A stretch of DNA of 62,222 nt, the filler included, from Fonticula-like sp. SCN 57-25 (Eukaryota), in the NCBI GenBank assembly GCA_001724245.1. It is 10 parts of 10 records of this genome, joined end to end, with 100 filler letters (N's around TTAATTAATTAA, not from the genome) between each part and the next. Parts side by side here need not be neighbours in the genome. Positions count along the whole stretch, not along the records: positions 33,088 to 38,129 come from MEDX01000655.1; positions 38,230 to 43,611 come from MEDX01000656.1; positions 43,712 to 49,795 come from MEDX01000657.1; 7 more parts are not named here. One strand, written 5' to 3'. Both the position numbers and the translations under genes were made by a program. Of the stretch, positions 33,088 to 44,532 are shown piece by piece (positions within the stretch are counted from its first letter, which is position 1; each line of letters opens with the position of its first letter). The notes beneath the pieces were generated by a model. It was not told the origin of the DNA. It saw only the letters and a program-made list of their open reading frames with translations, and did no database searches.

Positions 33088-35398
33088 GCATGAGAGGCTG
33101 GCGTACTTGGCTATTTTTAGTGCCACAAACTACTCGACGGTGATTGGTAGGACGGCAAAGCCGTTTAATCCGATTCTGGGTGAGACATACGAGTGCATTC
33201 GGTACGAAAGCGAAAGTGGAAAATAAAGGGAAAGTGGAAAGGAAAGTGGAAAAGGAAAGAGGAAAGTAAAGGAAAGTGGAAAAGAAAGGGTTATTGGTCA
33301 TTGATGGTCATGAGTGTTATTGGTTATGGTCATGGGTGTAATTGGTTATGGTCATTGGGTATCATTGGTTATGGTCATTGAGTCATTAAGTAGTTGATGG
33401 TGTGTGTGGTACTTTGTCATGAGTGTCATGAACATGGTCATTCTTGTGTCCACGTGGTCAGTTGACAATGCTGAAATTGTCATTTCCACACCGTATTGCA
33501 CTTTGCAATCATACAATATCCATACTTTTATTCATGTACATGATCAGCATATCTGATGGTCATACTGTACTACTATTCATGTACCTATATGATTTCATAT
33601 CTATTTTCACCCTCTTCTCCTTCTCTTCCCCCTTATCTAACTCTACCCTTATCTAACTCTACTTTTAGTCCCGAACGCGGCCACGGCTGGCGCTACATTG
33701 GCGAGCAAGTCTCGCACCACCCCCCCGTCAGCGCCATGTACGCCACCTCCCTCCAGAACACGTGGCGCTGGCAGGAAGAAATGCAAGTCACCAATGGATT
33801 CAGGGGCAAGGACCTTGAGGTGTACCCTGTTGGTTATTCGCATGTTTGGTTCCCGTCGAGTGGCGATCACTATTCGTGGAAGAAGGTGACGACGTGTGTG
33901 CGGAATGTTATCTTTGGGACCATGTGGATGGATAACGTACGAGAAGAGGGAATAGGGAAGGGTTAATAGAGGGAAGAAGGAAAAGGAAGGGTTAATAGGG
34001 AATAGGGAAAAGAAGGAAAAGGGAGGGTTAATAGAGATAATATAGGGAAAAGGGAGGGTTAGTGGGGTTAATAGAGGGTAAATGGTAAGGGTAGTTGTTG
34101 TGGTATGATGGTGAATATGATGAATGGTAGTGTATATGGTAGTGTATATGGTATGGTATGGTATGATGGTGTATATGGTACTGTATATGGTAGTCTGTAT
34201 AGTAGTGTGTATGTGTATATGGTAGTTTATACAAGTGTATAGTGTATATGGTAGTGTGTGTATGGTGATGATGGTGTATATGGTAGTGTATATGGTAGGT
34301 GTGTATGGTAGTATATATGGTAGTATATACATGTGTATATGGTAGTATATACAAGTGTGTATGGTAGTGTATACAGTGTCTATACCTATGTATATACAAG
34401 TGTATATGATACTTTTGCCTTCTCCCTCTTCTATTTCCACCTTCCACTCACACTTTACCTCAGTTTGGCACCAGCCGCATCACCAACCACACCACAGGCG
34501 ACTACGTCGACCTCATCTTCAAGCCCTACTCTTACATTGGCGGTGACCTCGGTGTCGTCGAAGGCACCGTAAAGGACAAGGATGGGAAGGCGCACTGGAT
34601 TATTGGGGGGAGGTGGAATGAGGCGCTGACATTGCAGCCGGCGGATAGGTCGCAGCCGCCAAAGGTGCGAAGAAGAAGGGATAGAAGGGTAGAAGAGGGT
34701 AGAAGGGGTAAGGGAAAGTGTTAATATGGTGTGGAATATGGTACCTTTTAGTGTCATTTTGGTATCATTTGGTGTCATTTTTGGTACTTTTTGTGTGTAC
34801 ATTTTAGTGTCATTTAGTGTCATTTAGTGTCATTTAGTGTCATTTAGTGTCATTTGGTGTCATTTTATGTCATTTTATGTCACTTTTTTTCTCTCTTTTT
34901 TCTCTATTTTTCTCTCTCTTTCTTCTCTCTTTCTTCTCTCTTTTTTCTCTCTTTCCACTTTCTTCTCTCTTTCTTCTCTTCTCACTTTCCCCTCATTCTC
35001 ACTCACTTTCACAGACTATTTGGCGCCGCCTTCCCTTGCCCGACCGCGCCGAAGCCCAATTCAACATGACCTCCTTTGCCCTCTCCCTCAACGAGATCGA
35101 ACCCGGCACTGAAAAAATCCTCCCTCCCACCGACTGCCGCCGCCGCACCGACCAGCGCCTCTACGAAGACGGCAAACTCGACGAAGCGCAGGCCGAAAAA
35201 GAGCGCCTCGAAGACGCACAGCGGTCCGCGAGGCGCATTCGTGAAGCACGTGGCGAGGCGTACAAGCCGCTTTTCTTTACGCACTCGGTTGATCCGGATC
35301 TGAAGGTGGGCGGGTGGCATTATTCGGGGAATTACTGGGAGAGGAGGGAGAAGAGGGATTGGAAGGGGATGCCGGATATCTATGGTGTGCAAAAGTAG
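33088..35398 (+). CDS. Oxysterol-binding protein-related protein, 3' part
   Basis: KPFNPILGETYE, EQVSHHPP, LPPTDCRRRTD, EKERLEDAQR; introns 33202-33668, 33937-34463 and 34665-35014. Confidence 0.93.
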
Positions 35399-36473
35399 AA
35401 GTAAAAGGAGTAAAAGGGGAGGTAAAAAGAAGGGAATAAAGACAAAATTGGGTCAAAATGGATCAAGGATGTTCAAGATGATGTCGAAGGATGTCCGAGA
35501 TGATGATGCAAGATGATGTCAAAAACGATACTTTTATGTGTCTTTTTTTGGCACTTTTCGTTTCAGTGCCTTTTTTAGGACCCTTTTTGACCCTTTTAAG
35601 AACCCTTTTTCTTGTTCTACGTTCACGTTCATATTCATATTCCGTGCTTTGATATACAACAAACTGGCCACGTGAGACATGATCCCGTCAGATGCCGGTA
35701 CACTTGATGGATATCTTTTATATGAATGCTTTTGTCGTCTCTTTTTTGATGTTATCTCGGTATTTTCGATTACAATATACATAAGATATTATACTTGAGC
35801 ACACAATGCAAGGTAAAAACAGCCAATTCATAGTCTAAACAGGCGTGATTTGATTGGATGGTGATAGAAAATGGACCAATCAGGATAGAGTTATATATTT
35901 TTGGACCAATAAGGATCGTGGATTTGGGAATAAATGGGGATTTTAGATATGATTGTGAATAGGAAAAGGTGGGCGAAATGAAACAATAGAACGCCATTGT
36001 CCGTTTCATGCCGTCTAATTGAGTGCGATACATATGTATATGTCACGTGTTTGGATGGATTAGACGTTGAAAACAAGATTGAGTTAATATGGCACAATAT
36101 GGCATATAATGATGATTACACTCAACTTGTAGTCATATATCACGCATATCTTGATGTGAACCCTCGTGGTGGTGTAATTGAAACAACATTTTTTGAAAGG
36201 ATTTTCGGCGTTTTTAAACGGACTGCCAGACGTCCACTCGTTCATTCCCATGACGTATCATCATGTTTTCCATAGGTATAAGAAGTGCCATCAATGTCAC
36301 ATTAGCAGTTGCATCGAGATTTGGTATGATAAGCTACAAAGTGATGAATATAATGAACGGTTTATTCACCGAGTATTGACCGTTAATGTTGTCGAGACTG
36401 TTTATATCATTTATTTGCATTACATTAAAACTACTTGATTGACACAAAAACCTCTTTTATACTGTACATCTCC

Positions 36474-37836
36474 TTACACATCTCTGAGTCCACCGACGAC
36501 CGACCTGATCGCCTTGACCGCGACATCCACGTCGCCCTCCCCCACATCATAGTGCAGCACCGCCCTCACGTTCTCCCCCCCCATCGGAATAATCCACACA
36601 CCACTCTCCTCCGCCACGCGGTCACACAGCTGCTGCGTGGACATGTCCGGGTGCGCAAACTGAAATATGACAATGTTGGTTTGCACAGTGCTCATGTCCA
36701 TGCGAAGGCCTTTGTGGGCGAGTGAAGCGACGCCATTGGCCAGGCGGCGCGCGTTGGCGTGGTCGTCGGCGAGGCGGTGGCGCATGACTTGCAGGGCGAT
36801 GAGGCCAGCGGCGGCGAGCGTGCCGGACTGGCGAAGGCCGCCGCCGAGGGCTTTGCGGAGGCGGCGGCCGCGCGAGATGAGGTCGTGGGAGCCAATCAGG
36901 AGAGAGCCGACGGGGGCGCCAAGGCCCTTTTGGAATTATCAGGGAATATTAGCAAGAGAACAGTAGAAAATAGAGTGCGAAATACAGTGACAATCATGCA
37001 TAAACGAGTGAATTATCAACAAATAAAAAGTAATATAACAACAATAATATTGACCAAACAGAGTAACACAATGGCATTGTCAAGAATGGCCAACCAGAGA
37101 ATCCACAGCACCAAGATGATCATGCACGCACCTTTGAGAGGCAGACGCAGAGGCTGTCGGCACGGTCGGCGAGCAGGTGCGGCTCGACGTTGAGCGCGGC
37201 GGCGGCGTTCAAGAGGCGCGCGCCGTCAATGTGCAGCTTGAGGTTGTGGTCGCGCGCGATGTCGGCGACCTTGTTGGTATAGTCGATGCTCAGCACGGTG
37301 CCGCCGCAGCGGTTGTGCGTGTTCTCCAGGAGGATCAGGCGCGTCAGGGGCGCGTGAAAGTCGTCAGTGGGGCGGATCGCGCGGCGGATCTCGTCGAGAT
37401 CCATCTCGCCGTTGGGGAGATTGCGGACGGTGCGGGGATGCACGCCGCCAAACTGGGAGACGCCGCCCTGCTCGTAGTAAAAGACATGCGCCTGATCGCC
37501 CACGATAAACTCTTCGCCGCGGCCCCAGCAGTGGCCAAGCACAGCGATGAGGTTGCCCATCGTGCCGCTCGGAACGAAAAGCGAGGCGTCCTTGCGGAAC
37601 AGGCTCGCGCCGCGGGCCTCGAGCAGCTGGACAGTGGGATCGTCGCCCCACACGTCGTCGCCGACGATCGCCTGCGACATGACCTCGCGCATCTCGGCGG
37701 TGGGGCGTGTCACAGTGTCGCTGCGCATATCAATGCCGCGAGGGGTGGAAACGCTGCGCAGATCGGCGAGGACAGACGCCAGCGCGGCGCTGCCGCTGCC
37801 GCTGCTGCTCATGGCGACGCGCGCGACACGAAGCAT
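36474..37836 (-). CDS. Low-specificity L-threonine aldolase (GLY1/THA1-like)
   Basis: [48 protein letters not shown]; Arg/Ser-rich presequence-like N-terminus. Confidence 0.93.
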
Positions 37837-37928
37837 CAGGTGGGTGCGTTTCAAACCGACCGAGACCGACTTTTGTTGCTTTGTCAACAACCCCGCACAG
37901 TTTCACGCAGATTTACCGCCGCGCCGAC

Positions 37929-38115
37929 ATGTCTGCTGCCAGGGGGCTCCGTCTGCTTATCTTTGGCGCGCCCGGGTCGGGGAAGGGCACGATTGCCGGC
38001 TGGATCCAGCGTGACTATGGCGTCCCGCAGGTGTCGAGCGGAGATCTGCTCCGCCGCCACATCTCCGATGGCACGGAAATCGGCAAGCAGGCCAAGGACA
38101 TTGTGTCGCAGGGCG
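37929..38115 (+). CDS. Adenylate kinase (AK3-like), first exon
   Basis: GAPGSGKGT P-loop, SSGDLLR, TEIGKQAK. Confidence 0.9.
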
Positions 38116-38924
38116 GTACGTGCTCACTGNNNNNNNNNNNNNNNNNNNNNNNNNNNNNNNNNNNNNNNNNNNNTTAATTAATTAANNNNNNNNNNNNNNN
38201 NNNNNNNNNNNNNNNNNNNNNNNNNNNNNTCCCATCCCATCCATAGGTAAGGTGGTCGGCGTCACGTCCGACTGTAAGCCAAGTGGCGCCAGTTTCTCCG
38301 TGGAATGGCCTGCGGCGGGCGATCCCTTTCCGGGTCCCCCTTGTGTTGAGGAGCGGCCCTTTCTCGCTGTGGGTGGACATGTATCGGCGGCCTGCCGGAG
38401 GGCGGGGCTGTCCAGGTCCTTGAAAACGCGTGGATGTCTAAGGCGAGTAATCGAGCAGGGAAAAGCGCGTGCCCGTGGTGGTGCGAGGAACACTGTTCCG
38501 AGCAAGGGGCCGGGAAGCCGTCTGCCAATACGGTTGGACTCGGGGGACAATCTCTCTTTTTGCTTCTTTTAGGGTCCCTTTGACAGTAGGGGCACACAAT
38601 GGAGGCAGTGAAAGGGGAATATGGGCTGGTTTATAGGCGCTTTTGTGTGGTCTTTTTGCGCGAGATGCAGAGATGGTGCTGGTCTGAGATTGTAATCAGA
38701 GATGCTGATGGGCGACGATCCGACTGTTGTTTGGCTGTTGCTTCGGTTCGAGTTTATTTTTTCGTTCAGTGCGAAGAATACGCCATACCAGAGAGGCAGT
38801 TTTTACTTTCTGCTGGTTATTATTATTGTATATAACTTTTCCATTTTTGTGTCAAACATGCATACGTTTATTCGAACTGTGCCAAAAGTGTTTCAATAGT
38901 CCATGAATGTATTTCGCCGAGTGG

Positions 38925-40037
38925 CTATAAGCCGCTCAGGGCGAAAAGCTTGTCGGCGGCCTTGACGAGCCTGTCGTAGTATTCAATTCCCTCATAGTGC
39001 GTCCGGTGCACCCCCTTGAGCCCATACAGCGCGCCAAACCATGCGCCCGCCATTGTCCCCGTGCTGTCGTTGTCGCCGCCATGCAGCACACCGCGGTCCA
39101 CGAGCTCGCTCCATGACGATCCCGATCCCAGCAGCGCGTCGTACGCGATCACGACGGCGTCATCGCCGCATGCGCCCGCCATGCCGGGGCCGTGCTTGAG
39201 CGTGTTGTAATAGTCGTCGCGCTCCTGCACGCCGTACCGCTCGGGGAACACGGCGGGCCCGACGCCGTCGAGCACGTTGCGCGCCTTGAGGCCCTTGGTC
39301 AGCGTGTCCACAAAGATGTAAAAGTGCTTGAGGTTGCTGTCGACATCGCGGCCCGCCGCGCGGACGTACTCCTCGACGCGCGGGATCTCGTCCAGCATGC
39401 GCTTGCCCCAGCTCACGACGGGGTAGCCGAGCAGTGCGTACGACGTGAAAAGCGCGCACGCGACGGAGCCGAGGTACGCCGTCGGGTGATGGTGCGAGAT
39501 CCGGCTGCTCTCGACGCATATCATGATGAGCTTGTCAATGTCCTTGGGGTCGGGATACCGAAGGCCGATGCACATCGCCCGCATCGCGGCACCGCAGCCC
39601 ATGTGGCGATCGTGAAACGGAATGGCGCGCCAATCGTTGGCATCAGACACAGTTTTGAAGCTCCGCATCGTCGTGACGCCAGGGGCGCGGGCGTTCATGT
39701 CAGCCCCGCCAATGAGGTAGTGGCGCATGATCCGCCGCATCAGCTCGTCATCAGAGGAGGCAGGCGGCTCCTCGTACAAAGCTGAGGAAAAAAGAGCGTT
39801 CAGCACACAAGCCAGGACAGCACTGATCATACCTTCAGCGGTGGCCAGGTGAAGCACCGTATCGTCGCTCACCATCCACCCCTTTTTCGACACGTCGATC
39901 TTTGACTGGCCGCCCATCTCTTTCAGCTGCGCGTGAATGTCGGCGCCGCTAGGGTTGAACTCCCAAATATCATCTCGGTAACCAATAGCGTCGCCCGCCG
40001 CCGCCAGCAGCATGCTCGCCCTGAAGCGCTCCTCCAT
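38925..40037 (-). CDS. ADPRH: ADP-ribosylarginine hydrolase (ARH1-like)
   Basis: AGDAIGY..WEF, VSDDTVLHLATA, GCGAAMRAMCIG, HHHPTAYLG, HGGDNDSTG; one short intron. Confidence 0.9.
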   Translation of the reverse strand: MEERFRASMLLAAAGDAIGYRDDIWEFNPSGADIHAQLKEMGGQSKIDVSKKGWMVSDDTVLHLATAEGMISAVLACVLNALFSSALYEEPPASSDDELMRRIMRHYLIGGADMNARAPGVTTMRSFKTVSDANDWRAIPFHDRHMGCGAAMRAMCIGLRYPDPKDIDKLIMICVESSRISHHHPTAYLGSVACALFTSYALLGYPVVSWGKRMLDEIPRVEEYVRAAGRDVDSNLKHFYIFVDTLTKGLKARNVLDGVGPAVFPERYGVQERDDYYNTLKHGPGMAGACGDDAVVIAYDALLGSGSSWSELVDRGVLHGGDNDSTGTMAGAWFGALYGLKGVHRTHYEGIEYYDRLVKAADKLFALSGL

Positions 40038-40092
40038 TGTTTTCTGTTGATGTGAGTCTGCCGACGAAAAAAGGACCAATCATGTACAAATA

Positions 40093-40102
40093 GTCACGTG
40101 AC
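40093..40102. promoter_or_regulatory. Extended E-box palindrome GTCACGTGAC
   Basis: Lies in the 137-bp gap between the divergent ARH1 and strumpellin genes. Confidence 0.5.
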
Positions 40103-40174
40103 AATTTTGGGGTACGTCTTTTAGGATTTGTTTGGACTTTGCCCGGCGGCGGATCTTGCCAGAGCGACGGAACG

Positions 40175-43100
40175 ATGGCGCCGTTTCTGTCCGAGAGCAA
40201 TGTTGCCGGTCAGACGCTTCTCAAGCTTGTGAGTCGCGGAAATGGTGCGTTGCGGACCACCCAAAGGAGGTTTTATTGGTATTTTGAGCCGCTTCTTACC
40301 CGCCCCCTTTCCCTTCCCTTTCCCTTTCAGCAATCATCGCCGAAATCATGCGCCTCGCGGACTTTGTCCCTCCAGAGTTCCGCCTTGCCACCAAGGAGGA
40401 TCAGATCAAGTATGGCGACATCATTTTGGACGGCGTGTATCGCAACGCGCCCGACATGTACGACAAGCGCATTCAGAGCACGCCCGAGATTCTCGAGCGC
40501 GACGAGGATTTCATGGCCAACCACATGGAGATCTTGCAGCGCTTCTACTCGCTGTTTGAGAGCATCTACCGCTACAACAAGGACCTTGTGCGCTTCCTGA
40601 ACGACCTTGAGGACGGCGCTTTCATCCAGCAGACGCTCGAGGTGCGCCCCATTTTGTTCCCATTTCCCGCGTGTCTCACCGTTTTTCGCATGTCAGGGCG
40701 TGATGGGCAGCTTTGAGGGCCGCCAGCTCCTCATCGAGTCTCTTTTCCTGTACGGTGTCATGCTTCTTGTGCTTGATACGCGCATTGAAGGCCCCGTCCG
40801 CGAGCGCATGCTCGTGTCGTACCGCCGCTACGAGACCGACATTGGCGTGGTGACCAACATGGATTCCGTGTGGAACCTCTGCCGCTCGACCGGCTTCCTC
40901 CCCAACAGCCCCAAGAAGCCCGCCAACTACCCCGAAGAGTACTTTAAGCGCGAGCCGATTTCGCGCCCGTTCATCCTCATGGTCCTCGGCCGCCTGCGCT
41001 CCGACGACATTTACGACTATGTCTCGTCGTACCCCAACCCCGACCACCGCTCGACTGCGCTCGCCACGCAGGCGACCATGCTTTTCATTGCGCTCTACTT
41101 TGCGCCCGACATTCTGCACAATGACGCCGCCAAGATGCGCGAGGTTGTCGACAAGCACTTTCCCGACAACTGGGTCACTGCGTACTACCTCGGCATCACG
41201 GTCGACCTGAGTGAGGCGTGGGCCGGCTACCGCGCCGCCAAGGCCGCGCTCGACAACATCACGACGCCGCAGCAGGTGAGCATGCTCGCGCGCCGCCACG
41301 TGGAGCAGGTCGGCGTGCTGCTGGGCGACATTGACAAGTACCTCACTGAGGGCTTTTTGACCGAGACCTACGTGCTCGATCACGTGTCGCGCCTGCTCAA
41401 CTGCCTGCGCGACGCCAACGTGACGCTCCGTTGGCTGACGCTGCACACCAACTCGCGCACGAAGCGCCTCCGCGACCTTGTCATGCAGTCGGGCTACAAT
41501 GAGAACCAGTTTATCCTGCTGCTGCTCAACACTGCGCAGTTTGAGTTTACGCTGAAAAACATGTTTAAAAAGCTGCTCGCCGACAAGAAGAACGCCTGGG
41601 AGCACGCCAAGAAGGAGGCGAGCGAGCGCACGACGGAGCTTTCCGAGTACTTTTCGGGCGAGAAAGCGCTCACGCGCGTGACGCGCAATGAAGCGCTCCA
41701 GTCGTGGTTTGGCGACATTTCGCGCCAGATCCAGCTGCTCGACTACGCCGACGCGACCGTCGCCGGCCGCAAGATCCACCAGCTCATGCAGGCGCTCGAG
41801 GAAGTGCAAGAGTTCCACCAGCTCGAGTCGAACCTGCAGGTCCGCTCGTTCCTGCAGGAGACGACGCAGCTGTTGAAGACAATGATCCGCACGGTCAACA
41901 TCAAGGAGGAAATCCTCGTCGTCATCCAGCTGATTGCCGACCTCTCGTACAGCTGGGAGCTCATCCACTCGTACGTCGGGCAGTTCCAGGCGCTCGTCAA
42001 GCGCGACCCGGTCACCGTCATCAAGCTCCGCGCAATGTTCCTCAAGCTCGCGTCCATTCTTGACCTCCCGCTCGTGCGCATTCTGCAGGCCGAGTCGCCC
42101 GACGCGGTCAGTGTCGCGCAGTACTACTCGGGAGAGCTCGTTGAGTTTGCGCGCAAGGTGCTTCAGGTGATTCCGAGCACAATGTTTTCCATTCTCAAGG
42201 AGGTTATTCAGTTCCAGCAGCGTGTGTCTGATGTGCCGACGCGTCTCGACAAGGACAAGCTCGTCCAGTACGTAGAGAGAGAGTGATTTTGAGTATTGAA
42301 TGTTGAGTATTTTTGAGTGTTATTGAAGAGCTATTGGGTGTTTTTGTAATGATCTGTGTCATTGTTGTTGCTGCTGATAGTCTTATTGTCATATTTTTTG
42401 CCTTTTCATTGACATTCTCCTTTGTTTCTGCACAAAATACTAACTGAAAATTAGGTTTGCCAAGCTTGACGACCGCTACCAGCTCGCCCGCCGCACTCAC
42501 GCCATCTCCGTCTTCACCGAAGGCCTCCTCGCCATGGAAACGACCCTCTACGGTGTCATCCAAGTCGACCCCAAGCAGCTGCTCGAGGAAGGCGTCCGCC
42601 GCGAGCTCGTCGAGCAGACCGCCGCCGCCCTTGACAAGGTCCTCGTCTTTAACCGCTCGCGCGGCGTCGAGGACGTTTTGCAGGCGCTCAATACGCTGCA
42701 GGGCATCTTGAACGGATACCGCGTCTCTTTTGAATGTGCGTTAAAGATTATTTGAATATTTATGCGCTCAAGATTTGGCAGGAAGAGTTGTCGCGCATCA
42801 TCAACTTTAACGTCGAGCGCGTACGTTTTTTATTACTTTTTATAGTGTTTTTTGTTATGTTTGTGCTTACTTTTGCTTGGATTGATAATAGGAATGCAAC
42901 CGCTTCCTCAAGACAAAGATCAATGAGTGGGACTCGCAGTATCAGAGCCGCGCGATTCGCATTCCGACGCCGCAGCCGGTCGACGAGTGCGCCTTTTTCT
43001 TGATTTTTAGTTATGTTTTTACTGACATTTTATTAAGCAAATCGGCCACGTTTGTGGGCCGCCTTGGCCGCGAGATTCTGTCGATTACCGACACGAAAAA

Positions 43101-43605
43101 GACCATTTTCGTGTCTGGAATGAACACGTGGTATGACTATGGCACGCGCACGTACGTCTCTTTCATCCTTTTTATCAACTTTTATGCCATTCTGACATGC
43201 TTTATGTTTGTTTCATAGTGGTGTTATGAATGCGCGCGCCTTTTCGCTCATCTACGACGCCATTGGCGCATACGGCATCAGCGGCCTCGACCGCCTCTAC
43301 TCTTTCATGATTGTCCGCAACCTCCAGCAGTTTGTCACTCGCTACCACGCCATGGTCGGCGACCGCCGCAACAGCGAAGTGTTTGCCGCCGCCGCGCGCG
43401 TGCTCGAGCCTGTTGTGTCGCTCCCGCCGAATGCAGTTCGTTTCTATGCAGACGTTGTCGGCAAGGCGCAGCGCTTCTTCCCTGTCATCACGGGTGCGAT
43501 AGAGAGTGGTCACGTGAGATTGGTGCTGATGCAAACTGGTTAGATTGCGTTGTGTTTATTGGTCAGGTGCAGCTGATTCGTCGCCAGATTCAGCGCGAGC
43601 TTCTC
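40175..43605 (+). CDS. WASHC5: WASH complex subunit strumpellin, 3'-truncated
   Basis: [68 protein letters not shown]; many short introns. Confidence 0.95.
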
Positions 43606-43711
43606 GTACGTNNNNNNNNNNNNNNNNNNNNNNNNNNNNNNNNNNNNNNNNNNNNTTAATTAATTAANNNNNNNNNNNNNNNNNNNNNNNNNNNNNNNNN
43701 NNNNNNNNNNN

Positions 43712-44365
43712 CAGCAGCCGCAGGAGGAGGATGCCGACGACAATGAAATTGAGGACGAGCAGAATGAGAATGAGGAACCGCCGCCGGCTGCTCAGCCTCA
43801 ACCCCAGGCAAGGGCGGTGCCGCCCCCACCGCCTTTTAGCGGAGGCACAGGACTTGCCCCGACGATGCGCACGTTTTCGCCCCCCGCGCTGCTTTCCCGC
43901 CCTCTCACTGCGCCATCCAAGCGAGCCAACGGTGCGCCTTGAATACCAATGCTTTGTGCTGACCCTTGAAAAGAACCGCCTTTACCTGCCGAGCCCGCTG
44001 CAAAGGTGGCGCGCTCATTTGCGCCGCCGCTCTCACTGCTTTCCCGCCCGTCAACTGCGCGGTCGTTCGCGCCCCCGCCCTCGCGCGCCGCCGAAGACCA
44101 CGGCCTGAGTCAATCGATCAGCTCGGTGACCCACAAGATGGACGACATGCAGCGCCTTCGGGCCGACTTTGAAGAGCGCATGAGCGCGCTTCTCAGGGTT
44201 TCAAAGGACGCGCATCGGACTCGAGCTCTCCTCAGCGCCACCAAGGTCAAGGCGCTCATGCTGACGACCGAGCTGGCAAGTGCGCCCAGCCCCCTCGCGC
44301 TCCAGCTAATCGAGGAGGCCGAAACGGCGGCAGCGGCGGCGGCCCTCGTCCTCGCTGATGCATAG
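43712..44365 (+). CDS. Unknown protein, 3' part (acidic/Pro-rich region then helical tail)
   Basis: Two GC-rich exon-like blocks separated by a GTGCGC...GCTGAC...AAG intron near 43932-43973. Confidence 0.45.
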
Positions 44366-44462
44366 TAAGTATTGGCAGTGTGTCCTTGCTTGCACGTGTG
44401 CTTGCTTGCAATGCTGTGTGGACCAAGGTTTCTTTCTCTACCTATTGTCAATGCATGGCTCG

Positions 44463-44500
44463 CCAATCAAAATCAGATCAAATCAGAGTTTCCCGCCAAA
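44463..44500 (+). promoter_or_regulatory. CCAAT box plus E2F-type site TTTCCCGCCAAA
   Basis: CCAAT at 44463-44467; TTTCCCGCCAAA at 44489-44500, ~33 nt before the DUF72 ATG. Confidence 0.55.
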
Positions 44501-44532
44501 ATATACGTCGCGCCACTCAACGTGCCACCAGC

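Noticed and set aside
38230-38900. Short ORFs downstream of ARH1
   Set aside because: No recognisable motifs or consistent splice model.
2393-40037. Macro domain (GDAP2) plus ARH1 as an ADP-ribosylation cluster
   Set aside because: They lie on different contigs; the proximity is an artefact of concatenation.
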